From positions 1-39,139 of the forward strand of contig MRSU01000103.1 in assembly GCA_008369845.1 (NCBI GenBank): a DNA stretch of 39,139 nt, in the 5' to 3' direction. Numbering within the stretch: position 1 is the stretch's first letter; each line of letters begins with the position of its first letter. Under the pieces are notes generated by a model. It was not told the origin of the DNA. It ran no database searches and saw nothing but the letters and a program-made list of their open reading frames with translations. The DNA comes from Trichomonas gallinae (lineage: Eukaryota). The position numbers and the translations under genes are program-made. Of this stretch, positions 21,246 through 31,977 are shown one piece after another.

Positions 21246-23483
21246 TTATAATGCGCTGGCTAAATCTTGTTCTTTTGCATCTTCACGGAGAGGAAGAAGT
21301 CTGCGTGCGAGATCTATTGATTTCGGTTGCATTTGCAAATCTTTCTTGATCTGGGCGATATTGTCTGCTGGTGCATTCATTAACTTGACTGCCTTATCAA
21401 GATCCTCGAATTTGTTGTTGACGAAGTCAAGATTGAAACGCGAGAAACAGTTCTTATATTCGTTGACGTCGATTGAAAGCTGCATTGTTCCTTCTGGGAA
21501 ATCATATCTGACATCGAATAAAGCATTGATAATTATATCAACTAAGTCTTTGCTCAAAACTGAGCAGAATGATATGTTATTTTCACCAGTGAGTTCTTTT
21601 GACGCTGAAAAGACTGAATTTGGTCCAGATAATATAGAGATTATCTCCTGGCAGCACTTTGAAACAGAACCAAATGTTACGTATGATCTTAAGAATCCTG
21701 TCTTAAATGGCTTTGAAGTAACAATGGACTTGACGCGCTCTGTGATGATGTTGATGCATATCTGCAGGTTCTTTGTGATTCCTTCTTCTAGCTTGGCGAT
21801 TAATGTATCTTTCTGATTGATGAATTTTTCGTGAGCCGTTGGTTTTTGAATGAGGTGCTGCTTCAATATTTGCGTGTATTTATCTTCGATAGTAAGAATT
21901 GTCATGTTAATTACTGATGTAACTGCGATGAATTTCTCGACAACGCTAATATCGTTCTTTTGCGTCATATATATGCTGCAGGCTTCAAGATATGTTGTTA
22001 AGTACTTGCTTAAGCTATCACTGATGATCAAATCGATAAGTTTTTGCAAGAATGTATGTTTTCTCGTCGAATCGCAGAGAACAACGCATCTTTCCCAGGC
22101 AGAACCACCGAATGTCAGGATGGTGATAGGCATTTGTGGATTGAATTCTGTGAAAATGTCGAAATTCGCGTCATCTTTCTTGAGGAACAGTTTCTTGGCG
22201 TTTTCGATGAGTGTTTCGAGTTTCCTGATAACAGGATTGACGTGCTCATCAAGTATCAACTTCAAATCATCATATTCACGGTTTTCATAGGTGACTTGGA
22301 ATTGTTGGAAAGTATTTTCTGTGATATTCGCGTTATTGAACATCTGACCATCGAGTGCCCAAATTTCTTTAAGCATTTCGTTAGTTTCTCGAACTAATTT
22401 GTAAAACATTTCGCAAAACGAGCCATTTCTTGGATCTAAGTAGTGTCTCAGCACTCTGGTGATAAACGGATCGAAAACAGCATTGAAGACGCTTGTAACA
22501 AGGGCTGTTTTCGGTTGTTGGCTCTTATTGAAAATAACTTCCATAACTTCCCAGTTCTTCTTACAATCGCTGACGAAGAAGTTGCATGTGTCTTTGTAGT
22601 GTTCCAATAACTGGCTTTCGGACTGGAATAAGTACTTATCCTTGAAATGATATTTATTGCCTGCTTCTGTCATCAAAACGGTCTGATTGATGAATGCTTC
22701 CATTGCGTCGTATTCATGCTGAAGCAGATCAAGTGCTGCAGCGCATTTTGCTTGTTCGTATTTATTTACCTTATGATTATCCTTGAATTCTTGGACTAAC
22801 TCTTTTCTCAGTCGCTCTCTGTAGCATTGTAGATTGTTCTTGGCGTTATTTAATTGATCTCCTTCAGCAGATGCAACTATTTTAATTAATTTTGCGCAAA
22901 CTTCGGCTCTTTGATAAAGAGTTGGCGGGAACTGAATGGAAGAAAGCAGTTTATCCAGTGGATCGAAGGCTCGGATCATTTTTGGTTCCGGCGGATTTGG
23001 ATCATTTGGATCTGGAGGCGGCTGATTTGGATCTTTCTTCATATGAGGTTCTTCTAGTGGCAAATTGAAGTCCTGAATGTATTTTATTATGATTGACATA
23101 TCTTCAGCGCGATTTACGAGTGATGTAGCGAAATCAAGCTGATCAGTAACCTTTGAGAAGTCCACTGATATCTGATTTGTCGAAATATACAGTTCATTCG
23201 ACTTCTCTTTTGTAGCTTGTAATTGCCCTGTAACATTAGACAGATTTTTAACGAAATCATCTCTCTTGGTTACAGCTTCGTTCGCATAATGCTTTAAGTC
23301 TAAGATATTGCTCTCTCTTAGCTTCAAAAGATCGATTTGATCGAGTTTCAAGGCTTTCTCGATGTCAGCAACCATGAATTCTGTAATAGGCGTTTTCTTT
23401 CCCTCTCTTTCGCGCATGGCACTCATATACTTGCCAGCTGTCAGAGAGTCGAGGTAATAAACAGAACTTTCTTTGGATTTCAT
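21246..23483 (-). CDS. SEC10: exocyst complex component Sec10 (EXOC5)-like
   Basis: N-terminal coiled coil, ELVQEF...AKCAAAL, and C-terminal GTMQLSIDVNEYKNCF...FEDL...APADNI resemble Sec10; 745 aa. Confidence 0.75.
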   Translation of the reverse strand: MKSKESSVYYLDSLTAGKYMSAMREREGKKTPITEFMVADIEKALKLDQIDLLKLRESNILDLKHYANEAVTKRDDFVKNLSNVTGQLQATKEKSNELYISTNQISVDFSKVTDQLDFATSLVNRAEDMSIIIKYIQDFNLPLEEPHMKKDPNQPPPDPNDPNPPEPKMIRAFDPLDKLLSSIQFPPTLYQRAEVCAKLIKIVASAEGDQLNNAKNNLQCYRERLRKELVQEFKDNHKVNKYEQAKCAAALDLLQHEYDAMEAFINQTVLMTEAGNKYHFKDKYLFQSESQLLEHYKDTCNFFVSDCKKNWEVMEVIFNKSQQPKTALVTSVFNAVFDPFITRVLRHYLDPRNGSFCEMFYKLVRETNEMLKEIWALDGQMFNNANITENTFQQFQVTYENREYDDLKLILDEHVNPVIRKLETLIENAKKLFLKKDDANFDIFTEFNPQMPITILTFGGSAWERCVVLCDSTRKHTFLQKLIDLIISDSLSKYLTTYLEACSIYMTQKNDISVVEKFIAVTSVINMTILTIEDKYTQILKQHLIQKPTAHEKFINQKDTLIAKLEEGITKNLQICINIITERVKSIVTSKPFKTGFLRSYVTFGSVSKCCQEIISILSGPNSVFSASKELTGENNISFCSVLSKDLVDIIINALFDVRYDFPEGTMQLSIDVNEYKNCFSRFNLDFVNNKFEDLDKAVKLMNAPADNIAQIKKDLQMQPKSIDLARRLLPLREDAKEQDLASAL

Positions 23484-23523
23484 TTTGTCACTTTTAATTC
23501 GAATGACAATAAATTTTTGACAG

Positions 23524-23686
23524 TTTTTTTGACAATATCATAAGGAATTTTGGCTTTTTGACGATTATTTGACATTGTAAAGTAATTTTGGCAAATTTAT
23601 TGTAAAGCACATTTTTTTTGACAAAATCATAAGGAATTTACAAAATTTGACAATTATTTGACATTGTAAAGCAAATTTGGCAAGTT
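23524..23686 (+). repeat. imperfect tandem duplication (about 89-bp period) rich in TTGACA
   Basis: TTTTTTTGACAA(T/A)ATCATAAGGAATTT...TTTGACATTGTAAAG..A.TTTGGCAA occurs twice; a third partial copy lies near 23875-23910. Confidence 0.8.
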
Positions 23687-24302
23687 TGTTATTTATGATT
23701 TTTTTTTTGACAATGAAGAAAAGATTGATACATCAGGAAATAACGCAATAGGTTGTAGTCGTCGTGAAAACTTGTAAACACACGAGATCCTGTAGATGAT
23801 AAGTTAGAGTTAAATTGCTTATGAGACTGACTTCGACATTAAGCTGCGGCAACAATTTTTTGCCCAAAATTTGCTTGACAAAATATTTGACATTGTAAAA
23901 TGATTTTGACAAAATACTTCACAATTTTATTATTTTGTAAAACAAAATTGGCAATTTTTCATTATGTGTGAATCAGTCGAAAGATAATCTTATTAACTCG
24001 AGCAGTATTGATAGACACAATTCTATTATCATTGATTTGATCATATGTCCATTACTTTTCATCAGATCTGAAATAGTTTAATTGTTCAGCTAAAATAGTT
24101 AAATTTTGTCGTTCTTTCTGAATTTGGTGAGCAAGCACTTCTTACAAATGCGTAAAGTGATGTTTATTTTAACTTGTTCATTTTTCGGTCGATTTATCCA
24201 TGTTATCCAAAAAGTTTAGATCATGAAAATTTTGAAAATAATCGTTTTCCTCTCAATTCTAAATATTGAAAAAATTATGTCACATCAAATCATTTTAGAA
24301 TA

Positions 24303-25073
24303 ATGCAGTTCGAAAACATTGTCCTCAGCGGATATGCACTAAACACGTACATGGCGGTCATGTCAATAATTGCTCTTGCAATATTCATTGCCTTGTTCTT
24401 CATAACAGCAGGATACGGAAAGTTCGCAAGCAAGACATGGGGTCCTTCTATCAACAACAAGGTAGCTTGGGTCCTCATGGAATGTCCTGTGTTCATCATC
24501 ATGTGTATCATGTTCTATTACTCCCAGAAGAAGAATATCATGACGACTTTATTCTTCTTAGCATTCCAGGCACATTACTTCCAGAGATCTTTCATTTTCC
24601 CTCTCCTCATCAAAGGAAGCTCCGTGATGCCTCTCTCTGTGATGCTCATGGGTGCACTCTTCAACACTTGCAATGGATACATGCAGGGATGCTGCATCTT
24701 TTTCGAGAATGATTATTCATCTGATAGCATCTTCTCTTATCACTTCATCATTGGTATGATGTTGTTTGCAGCAGGAATGTCAATCAACATTCATAGCGAC
24801 AGCGTGATCAGAAACTTGAGGAAACCAGGAGATACAAAACACTACTTGCCAAACAAGGGATTCTACAGATTTGTTACATCAGCAAACTACTTCGGCGAGA
24901 TTGTTGAGTGGACTGGTTTCTTCGCCATGACTCGCTCATTATCAGGTCTCGTCTTTGTTTGGTGGACTGTTGCTAACCTCGTCCCACGCGCACACAAGAT
25001 CTACGAGAAATACATTGGTGAGTTTGGCAATGTCGTCCTCACAAAGAAGAGAATCATTCCTTTTGTTTATTAA
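24303..25073 (+). CDS. 3-oxo-5-alpha-steroid 4-dehydrogenase (steroid 5-alpha-reductase), bacterial type
   Basis: AGYGKF, AWVLMECP, HYFQRSFIFP, FNTCNGYMQG, INIHSD..IRNLRKPGDT, VTSANYFGEIVEW, ANLVPRA, IPFVY. Confidence 0.92.
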   Translation: MQFENIVLSGYALNTYMAVMSIIALAIFIALFFITAGYGKFASKTWGPSINNKVAWVLMECPVFIIMCIMFYYSQKKNIMTTLFFLAFQAHYFQRSFIFPLLIKGSSVMPLSVMLMGALFNTCNGYMQGCCIFFENDYSSDSIFSYHFIIGMMLFAAGMSINIHSDSVIRNLRKPGDTKHYLPNKGFYRFVTSANYFGEIVEWTGFFAMTRSLSGLVFVWWTVANLVPRAHKIYEKYIGEFGNVVLTKKRIIPFVY

Positions 25074-25321
25074 AAAATTATATTAACTTGAATTTTTATC
25101 AGTTTTGTTAAGTATTACTCGAAATCTCATTTTTGGTCTAATTTCAGTATTATCATTGGTTTCAAATCATATACGAAGACGATACGATGGGAAAAATTAT
25201 TGAAAATTGAAGATATTGAAAGATCACGACCAAATTTTTATGATAATTTGGAATTTTAGATGGATAAATTTGATAATTTTAAACAATATAGTGTTTACAT
25301 GACAGTAAATAGATTAATTCA

Positions 25322-25507
25322 AAAGTCTGCTCGATGCACGAAATGGTCACAAGGAAGTGCGGACACTGTGGATCTGAATTTGAAGCAAAACCAAACTTGA
25401 TATTGCGCGGAGGACACTGGTGCCCGCATTGCTACACTTCATCAACAGCCTGGGACTATGGAAGAATTGCAGAAAATAAAATTATTTTTTTGACATTTTC
25501 CATATAA
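25322..25507 (+). pseudogene. zinc-ribbon fragment, probable C-terminal relic of a bacterial-type NAD-dependent epimerase/oxidoreductase
   Basis: GC-rich island translating to KCGHCGSEFEAKPNLILRGGHWCPHCYTSSTAWDYGRIAEN; the 57-aa ATG ORF 25334-25507 is absent from the ORF track. Confidence 0.6.
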
Positions 25508-25552
25508 AATAATTTACATGTCAGACGATATTTTACATGACAAAATCAAAAA

Positions 25553-26785
25553 ATGTCTTATGAGGAAATTTATTCATATTTAACTGGCCTTTTTCAAGAT
25601 CCGAAAGTAAGAATCCTTGTAGAAGGTCCTCCACTTTGTGGAAAAACAGAAACAATCGTCAAAGCGCTCGAAGATTCAGGGCGCCAATATATTCATTTAA
25701 CAATTGCACAATTGTTTATAGATCCTAATGTTCAAACAATGTCAATACTTGATAAATTCATTACTAACGGATATTTGATATTCATAGATGATGTAGACAC
25801 AGTTTTTCCAGTTAATGATCCTGACTTTGTCTTAATTCAACGATTTTTCTCAAGAAAACCAAATGTTATTGCTGCAACACGTGATAGAAAAGAAATACAC
25901 CCATTTGCATTGAGATATTTCAAAGATGTTTTTATCATGGAGCAGCCACCGTCAAAAACGCAGTCCGAGAACGTCGCTCACGTCACATTCGATGACATTG
26001 GCGGCGCAAAACATGCCAAAGATATGGTAATGATGATAGCTTCATGGTGTGTGCTAAATGCGAACAAAGTTTCTGCTTGGGGCTTAAAACCGCCAAGTGG
26101 AGCAATTTTATATGGTCCACCAGGCACAGGTAAGACACTGCTCGCGAAAGCAGCAGCAAACGCCTGCAATTGCGCTTTCTTTTCGATCGCGATTCCAGAT
26201 TTGCTTCGTTGCTTGGTCGGCGAGTCAGAAAAACGCCTTACAAGGACATTCGAGATCGCCAGGGCCAACGCACCAGCCATAGTCTTCATCGATGAGGTCC
26301 AAGCGTTGTTCGGAAAAAGAGCTGAAAGGAGAGGAGACTCGAATAGATTGGTTGTGCAGTTATTGGCGCAGCTAGATATAGTATCAAAGCGTGGTGCAGT
26401 GTTTTGCCTTGCTGCCACGAATAAAATTGAGTCCGTGGACCCAGCACTTCTCCAGCCAGGACGCTTCGAAGAAGTCATAGAAGTTGGCGCCCCAGGAAAA
26501 AGCGACAGAGAAGACATTGCGCGCGTTGTTGTCCGCAATATAATGAGAGATGAAAGTGTTGATGCTAATCTCGCTGAAATTGCTAATCTAACGGGCGGAA
26601 TGACAGCATCAGATATAAACGGTATAGTGCAGAAAGCAGCAATTTCGGCAATGATGGATGGAAGAGAAAAGATGACATTCGATGATATAAAGAAAGAGAT
26701 TAATAATGAAGCACTCAAGAGATTTAGAACAGGAGAAAAAATCTCAGTTGCAATCAAAGAGGATTCACCGAAAGAAGAAGAATAA
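25553..26785 (+). CDS. AAA+ ATPase, CDC48/AFG2-related, degenerate first module
   Basis: D1 GPPLCGKT/IFIDDVD; D2 FDDIGG, GPPGTGKT, VFIDE, ATN...DPALLQPGRF. Confidence 0.92.
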   Translation: MSYEEIYSYLTGLFQDPKVRILVEGPPLCGKTETIVKALEDSGRQYIHLTIAQLFIDPNVQTMSILDKFITNGYLIFIDDVDTVFPVNDPDFVLIQRFFSRKPNVIAATRDRKEIHPFALRYFKDVFIMEQPPSKTQSENVAHVTFDDIGGAKHAKDMVMMIASWCVLNANKVSAWGLKPPSGAILYGPPGTGKTLLAKAAANACNCAFFSIAIPDLLRCLVGESEKRLTRTFEIARANAPAIVFIDEVQALFGKRAERRGDSNRLVVQLLAQLDIVSKRGAVFCLAATNKIESVDPALLQPGRFEEVIEVGAPGKSDREDIARVVVRNIMRDESVDANLAEIANLTGGMTASDINGIVQKAAISAMMDGREKMTFDDIKKEINNEALKRFRTGEKISVAIKEDSPKEEE

Positions 26786-27176
26786 TCTTTTAATAATATT
26801 TGTATTTGTTAATAGATAAATTGTTTGTTTATATACAGCTTTAAAAATAGTATCATTGGAGCATGAATATTATAAAGTTTGCGCAAAAAATAGATGACTC
26901 ACGACTTAATTAAAGAAAAACTCGGAATTTGATTGCTAATGGCCTAGACTATATGCTAATGAAGTTTGCACAACTTTTGGTGCAATTTCGTGAATATTAT
27001 GAAAAGATGTAATTTTTGCCATGTAAAGTCAAAAATGTGATTTTTTGATTTTAGAGAATTTGTTAATAAGACTATGATTATCTAATGAAAATTCATGTGT
27101 TGGTTGCATTTTTTGAAAGAATTATTAATGATTTGCAAATCGAAATTTATTAATAACTACAAATATAATAAATAAA

Positions 27177-28463
27177 TTACAAATTATTAACACGCTTAAC
27201 TGCGCGATCAGGCTTAGAGCGCGCAGATGATTCTCGAGGAATACTAATATAAGATGGAAGTGAACTTGATGGATCTAAAGGCCAGTGCATGAATAGGACG
27301 AAAATAAATGAAATAGACGAATAGAGATGCATGAGAAGTCCAATCTTTGAATTACGTGCAACAGATGTTGCTTTGTAAAAAGAATAAAAAATCGAAGGCA
27401 ATATTGCAAATACAATATGAACAAGGCAAGTTCTGAGCTGTGGAGTTCCTGGTTTAAGTCTATCAGGAATGAACAGCAAAGAAAACGTGACGCCAAGGAT
27501 AATAAATAATTGAAGCCAATGTTCTAAGAAATTCTGGAGTTCATTGTTGAATAGTTTGATTGCCTTAGGAATAAGCAGTAGAACTATAGTAATAATAGAC
27601 GCGCCGTAGTAAAGTTCGATTCTTGATGATTCTTCTTCTGTATTGTGAACTGGTAAATCCCAGGCTGAAATTATAACATAGACGATCATGAATGATATAG
27701 AGATGAAATCGAAGTATTCTGATATTCTGACGAAATTGAATTTTCCAATCAAGTTGAATAATTCAGGCAATGGGAAAAAGCAGATCGCAAGGATAGGAGA
27801 AAGTCTGCTTGTTAATGCTTGCATGTATGTTGGTTCGCAATCTAGCTGAGAAAGTGTTTTTCTGAATTTAAATAACGAGAAACAAACGATTACGAAGATA
27901 ATTCCTCTTATCATGGAATGGAAGAAGATGAATGAATAATTTTCGAAGACCCAAACGTAAACAAATTCGTTAAAATAATTATCTGCTGAAATTAAGTTAA
28001 TATTTGCAACAATTTCGTCGACATTATACTGTCCTGTTGAGAAGACTTCTTGAAACTGTAAAAGCTTAAGATGAAAAGCGTTGTTGTCGATAATGAAATC
28101 GCGTACGAGATTTCCATTCTTTTTTAGCTTAATAAAGCCGTTAACTGTAATAATATAATCTGTAATCCTCCTTCCTGTCCTTTCCATTTTGATTCCCCAT
28201 GAAACCGATCTGTGATAAAATTTCAGATTTGTTAAATGAAGTTCTAAACCTACTTCACGAGTTTGTCCGGTTACGGATACTTTCGATTCTTTCGTATATG
28301 TAACTGTTGGCGAAAACCATAGAAATGTAACAACAATTACGCATGTTATCGCGTAAAGTACAACAGCTTGTATCAAATTTTTCACTTCCATATGCTGAAA
28401 CACCTCTTCAGCAAGCATTGTATTATCAAATTGATCGTCAACGTCATCTTGACTCCGTATCAT
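27177..28463 (-). CDS. hypothetical multi-pass membrane protein
   Basis: 428 aa: N-terminal TM, luminal beta-rich domain, about 7 further TM segments (Wntless/TMEM181-like topology, unverified). Confidence 0.75.
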   Translation of the reverse strand: MIRSQDDVDDQFDNTMLAEEVFQHMEVKNLIQAVVLYAITCVIVVTFLWFSPTVTYTKESKVSVTGQTREVGLELHLTNLKFYHRSVSWGIKMERTGRRITDYIITVNGFIKLKKNGNLVRDFIIDNNAFHLKLLQFQEVFSTGQYNVDEIVANINLISADNYFNEFVYVWVFENYSFIFFHSMIRGIIFVIVCFSLFKFRKTLSQLDCEPTYMQALTSRLSPILAICFFPLPELFNLIGKFNFVRISEYFDFISISFMIVYVIISAWDLPVHNTEEESSRIELYYGASIITIVLLLIPKAIKLFNNELQNFLEHWLQLFIILGVTFSLLFIPDRLKPGTPQLRTCLVHIVFAILPSIFYSFYKATSVARNSKIGLLMHLYSSISFIFVLFMHWPLDPSSSLPSYISIPRESSARSKPDRAVKRVNNL

Positions 28464-29046
28464 ATTTTAAAATTTAATTTTTTATATTAGACTTTATTTG
28501 ACATTTTTCGATTTTATAACCTTAAAGTCAAAAATCAATTTTAAACGAATTATACATGTCAAAACACTTTTTCTGACATTTACGGGTCAAAATACAAATA
28601 CGTTTATTACTTTACATGTCATATTATATCTTAGCCCAGTAAACCCTCTGTTTTGTTTACTATCACCATATCTCTGAATTGGTAGATTTACAAGCTTTAA
28701 ACTTACCCGCAATTTACTATTGGTTTTAAAGAATATATTACATATAAAGATGTATCTATATATGCAATATTGGTTGAAATTAAAGTTCTTTTATAAAACC
28801 TCCTCTATACAATTTACATGGCATATAATATAAATTTACATGCCATATGACAATATTTCTAATAATTACATGTCAAAAACGAAGATTTTAAATATATATA
28901 ACTATAAAAATGTTATTTCATAATATCTAAAAGAAAATTCTTTTCTGTTATTGATGTTGCATTGTATGGAAAAAGAAAATCAATCAAAAATTAAGATCAT
29001 CCACTCATAATTTTTGCCAACCCCTGCTTTTCATTTTCAGAGCGTA

Positions 29047-29502
29047 ATGACTTATCTTTTGGATTTTATCGTGAATAGTGCAACATTCACGAATGAAATT
29101 CCGCTCCCAAAAGATCCAGTCTTTGTTATATTTCAAACTGATGGCTTTGCGGAGTCAGTGGCTACAAAACCATCTCCACCATCTTCAGTAATCAGTTTTA
29201 ACCATCCAGTTCGAATCGTTTTGACATTAGATTCGCTAACACAAGCTCAAATGTACGTTACGCTTTGCATATTGCAAGAAAATGGAAATAATAAACAAAG
29301 TTCAATTCCAATTGGATATGCACGCATTAAACTTAAGTCCTTTCCGATAGGATGTCCCGCAACATTTTCATTTTCACTACTTAATCCATTGAATACTGCA
29401 ATTACGATTGGATCCTTATCATTAACAGCCAATATTTCAACTATGGTTCCTTCAATTGATATATCATCATTTGCTATGGGAATTCCAATGGGAAGGAAAT
29501 AA
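29047..29502 (+). CDS. hypothetical protein, possible C2-like beta sandwich
   Basis: ATG at 29047 after initiator-like TCATT; PIGYARIKL and IGSLSLTANI strands are typical of C2 folds. Confidence 0.6.
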   Translation: MTYLLDFIVNSATFTNEIPLPKDPVFVIFQTDGFAESVATKPSPPSSVISFNHPVRIVLTLDSLTQAQMYVTLCILQENGNNKQSSIPIGYARIKLKSFPIGCPATFSFSLLNPLNTAITIGSLSLTANISTMVPSIDISSFAMGIPMGRK

Positions 29503-30275
29503 CATTCTCTATTGGAAAAATTTTTGTTTGTATTTATATTTTTATGTTTCCTAATAATTATATTTTAAATCTTCAAATACGCGAATCAGGAACAATTGTT
29601 ACGGCCATTCTTACATACAGCAATGAAATTGAACCCAAATTCAACGATTTTTAGATATTCTTCCAACCATTAATCGAATTTGCAGTTAAAAATCGTGCTG
29701 ACAATTCGGTCACAGAGCATAATTTTCAATATAATCTAGGTTTTTTATTATCAAATTTCTTGTCTTGTTTAATTTCTTCACTGATCTGCGCAAACACATA
29801 TTATCAATATAATTATCTTGTTGTTTAAATATTATTGTTTATTCTAATTTAATTTTCTCAATATATCTCAAATCTAATTAAAATATTTGGACGAACTCCG
29901 CAGATCTATAATAAATCAGCTGCACAGTCAATAGTCATATTAGACAGCAAATGATTTTAATTTTGATCATTAGAAAAAAATAATTATAGTCATTGGTATA
30001 TTTTTACTTCACACAACTTAATATGACTATGGTTACATTGATTTTCTTCATTAATAGGTTGTTCTAATATATTTTAATAATGTTTTGATATATTAACTAG
30101 AAAAGCATATTCAATCTTCTATATTCCAGCTATACACGCATAATATACTCTAAATTAAGGATTATAACAATGTGTAATAGAAATATATTGCTGAATGAAA
30201 ATTTGACATGTAAACTATTTTGACAAAATCTGTCGTGTAAAGTCATGTTTACTTTTTGTCCTCTCAGTAATTAAA

Positions 30276-31736
30276 ATGGAAAAATCATCTTGTTGTTCGA
30301 ACAAAATCCAGATTATCACTGCAAACGGTGACAAACTGGAAGCCAAGAGTTTGATAAACGAAAAACAGGCCGAGAGATACAAAGAATGCAATAACGAGAT
30401 TTTCAAATGCTTAGAACCAGTTTTCAACAAAAATGAGCATCCAAATATCGATAATATTATAAAAGAATTAAAGAAATCAATAAGTAAAGTCAATAAAGAC
30501 GTCGATGAAATTTTCTGGTACTTATCTCTTCTCAACGATCCAAATAAGACAGTTACACCAAAAGAGGTCATTAAAATGCTCGCAAGCACAAGCAAAGATT
30601 CTAAAAATCCTAAAGAAGGCAAAAATTATATGACTTTACTTAGAAAACTGCTTGAATACACTGTATTGGATGGATCAGAAGAGGAAGAAGCATACAGCGA
30701 ATTCATAACAGATTACCAAGCAATTGGTGGTACTGCAACAGTAAGAGATTTCCTAACAACCTTCTACGAATACATTGAAGAAGAAGAAAATGCAAAGGAA
30801 AGCGAATTAGCTCAATTCGGAGCGAAAACAAATTCAATTGAAGATTTTAGACAAAAATTACACAAAATTAAAGAAACAAGGACATTAAGTGACGTCGATA
30901 GAAGTGTTATCGATTCCATTTTGAATCATCACGTTAAATTCAGCGACGACCAACTATTTTCGATTTTATTCAATTCTGTTTTCTCTGGAGTTAAAATTAC
31001 TGCTAAATCAATTGCAGACTTTGCTAATGAGTTAGGAAAGCCAGAACTTCAAGGAAACGAAAATAATTTCAATCTTATTCTGACTTATCTTCTCAGAAAC
31101 GATTTTGATGACCTTGGTAAGAGTTTGTACGTTATCACAAAGGATTACATATTAGAATTCGTTATAGTTTTCTTATTGAAATTAATTACAAAACAAAGAA
31201 GCGATTTATCATTTGATAAGGATGGAAAAATATTATCAATTGCAGTTCGTCGTTATTGCCAAAATATCTCAACAATTGACGAGAATAATAAAATCATTAA
31301 TAAATATCTCACGCTTCTGAAAGATACACCACATAATTCTGTTTGGAAGTGCTTCAGGCCAGATACTACTGGAGTTTATAGCCCAGATATTGTATTTGCT
31401 GAAAATAGTTGCGAAATTTTGAACGATATCCGTTTTGCAATCAAGTCGAATGATTTTGAAGCCATTATCAATAAGCTTAATGATGAATCAACTCTCCAAA
31501 TTTCAGATCAGATTCTTGAATATGTTATTTCTGATCTTATCGAACTTAATGATCTTCAAATAGAAAATTTGAAATCAAAGATACTCATTAAGATCATCAA
31601 TGTTTTGAATTCTCAATTAGAAAAATGCAAAGATGATGAAAAGCGAGCAAAAATCCGTTCATTCATCACGAAATGCAGAGACCAATCTATCAAATACATC
31701 GTGGACGAAACTTCAGTTCCTCTTTATCCTTTGTAA
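30276..31736 (+). CDS. hypothetical alpha-helical protein (weakly Nup93/Nic96-like)
   Basis: 486-aa ATG ORF, helical solenoid character; the family assignment is tentative. Confidence 0.75.
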   Translation: MEKSSCCSNKIQIITANGDKLEAKSLINEKQAERYKECNNEIFKCLEPVFNKNEHPNIDNIIKELKKSISKVNKDVDEIFWYLSLLNDPNKTVTPKEVIKMLASTSKDSKNPKEGKNYMTLLRKLLEYTVLDGSEEEEAYSEFITDYQAIGGTATVRDFLTTFYEYIEEEENAKESELAQFGAKTNSIEDFRQKLHKIKETRTLSDVDRSVIDSILNHHVKFSDDQLFSILFNSVFSGVKITAKSIADFANELGKPELQGNENNFNLILTYLLRNDFDDLGKSLYVITKDYILEFVIVFLLKLITKQRSDLSFDKDGKILSIAVRRYCQNISTIDENNKIINKYLTLLKDTPHNSVWKCFRPDTTGVYSPDIVFAENSCEILNDIRFAIKSNDFEAIINKLNDESTLQISDQILEYVISDLIELNDLQIENLKSKILIKIINVLNSQLEKCKDDEKRAKIRSFITKCRDQSIKYIVDETSVPLYPL

Positions 31737-31977
31737 TATTATTTTTATTTTTTTATCTCATAGAGTTTCTAAAGCATAAATAAAGATTATATGTTAATGT
31801 AAATTTTCCAATATTAACTTCATATATAATATATTGTGATTAAAATCAAGAAATATTTTAATAAAAAAATTTAAATCAAATTTGAACGATAATATTAACA
31901 AAAATACAATTCTGTTGAGGAAATAAGCTTAATGATAGATAATTCTTAGTATAATATTTAATCTATAACAAACAAAT

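Noticed and set aside
23730..23850. possible box C/D snoRNA
   Set aside because: Only a degenerate box C and short stems; not distinguishable from chance.
25978..26757. 259-aa minus-strand ORF
   Set aside because: Antisense shadow of the AAA ATPase.
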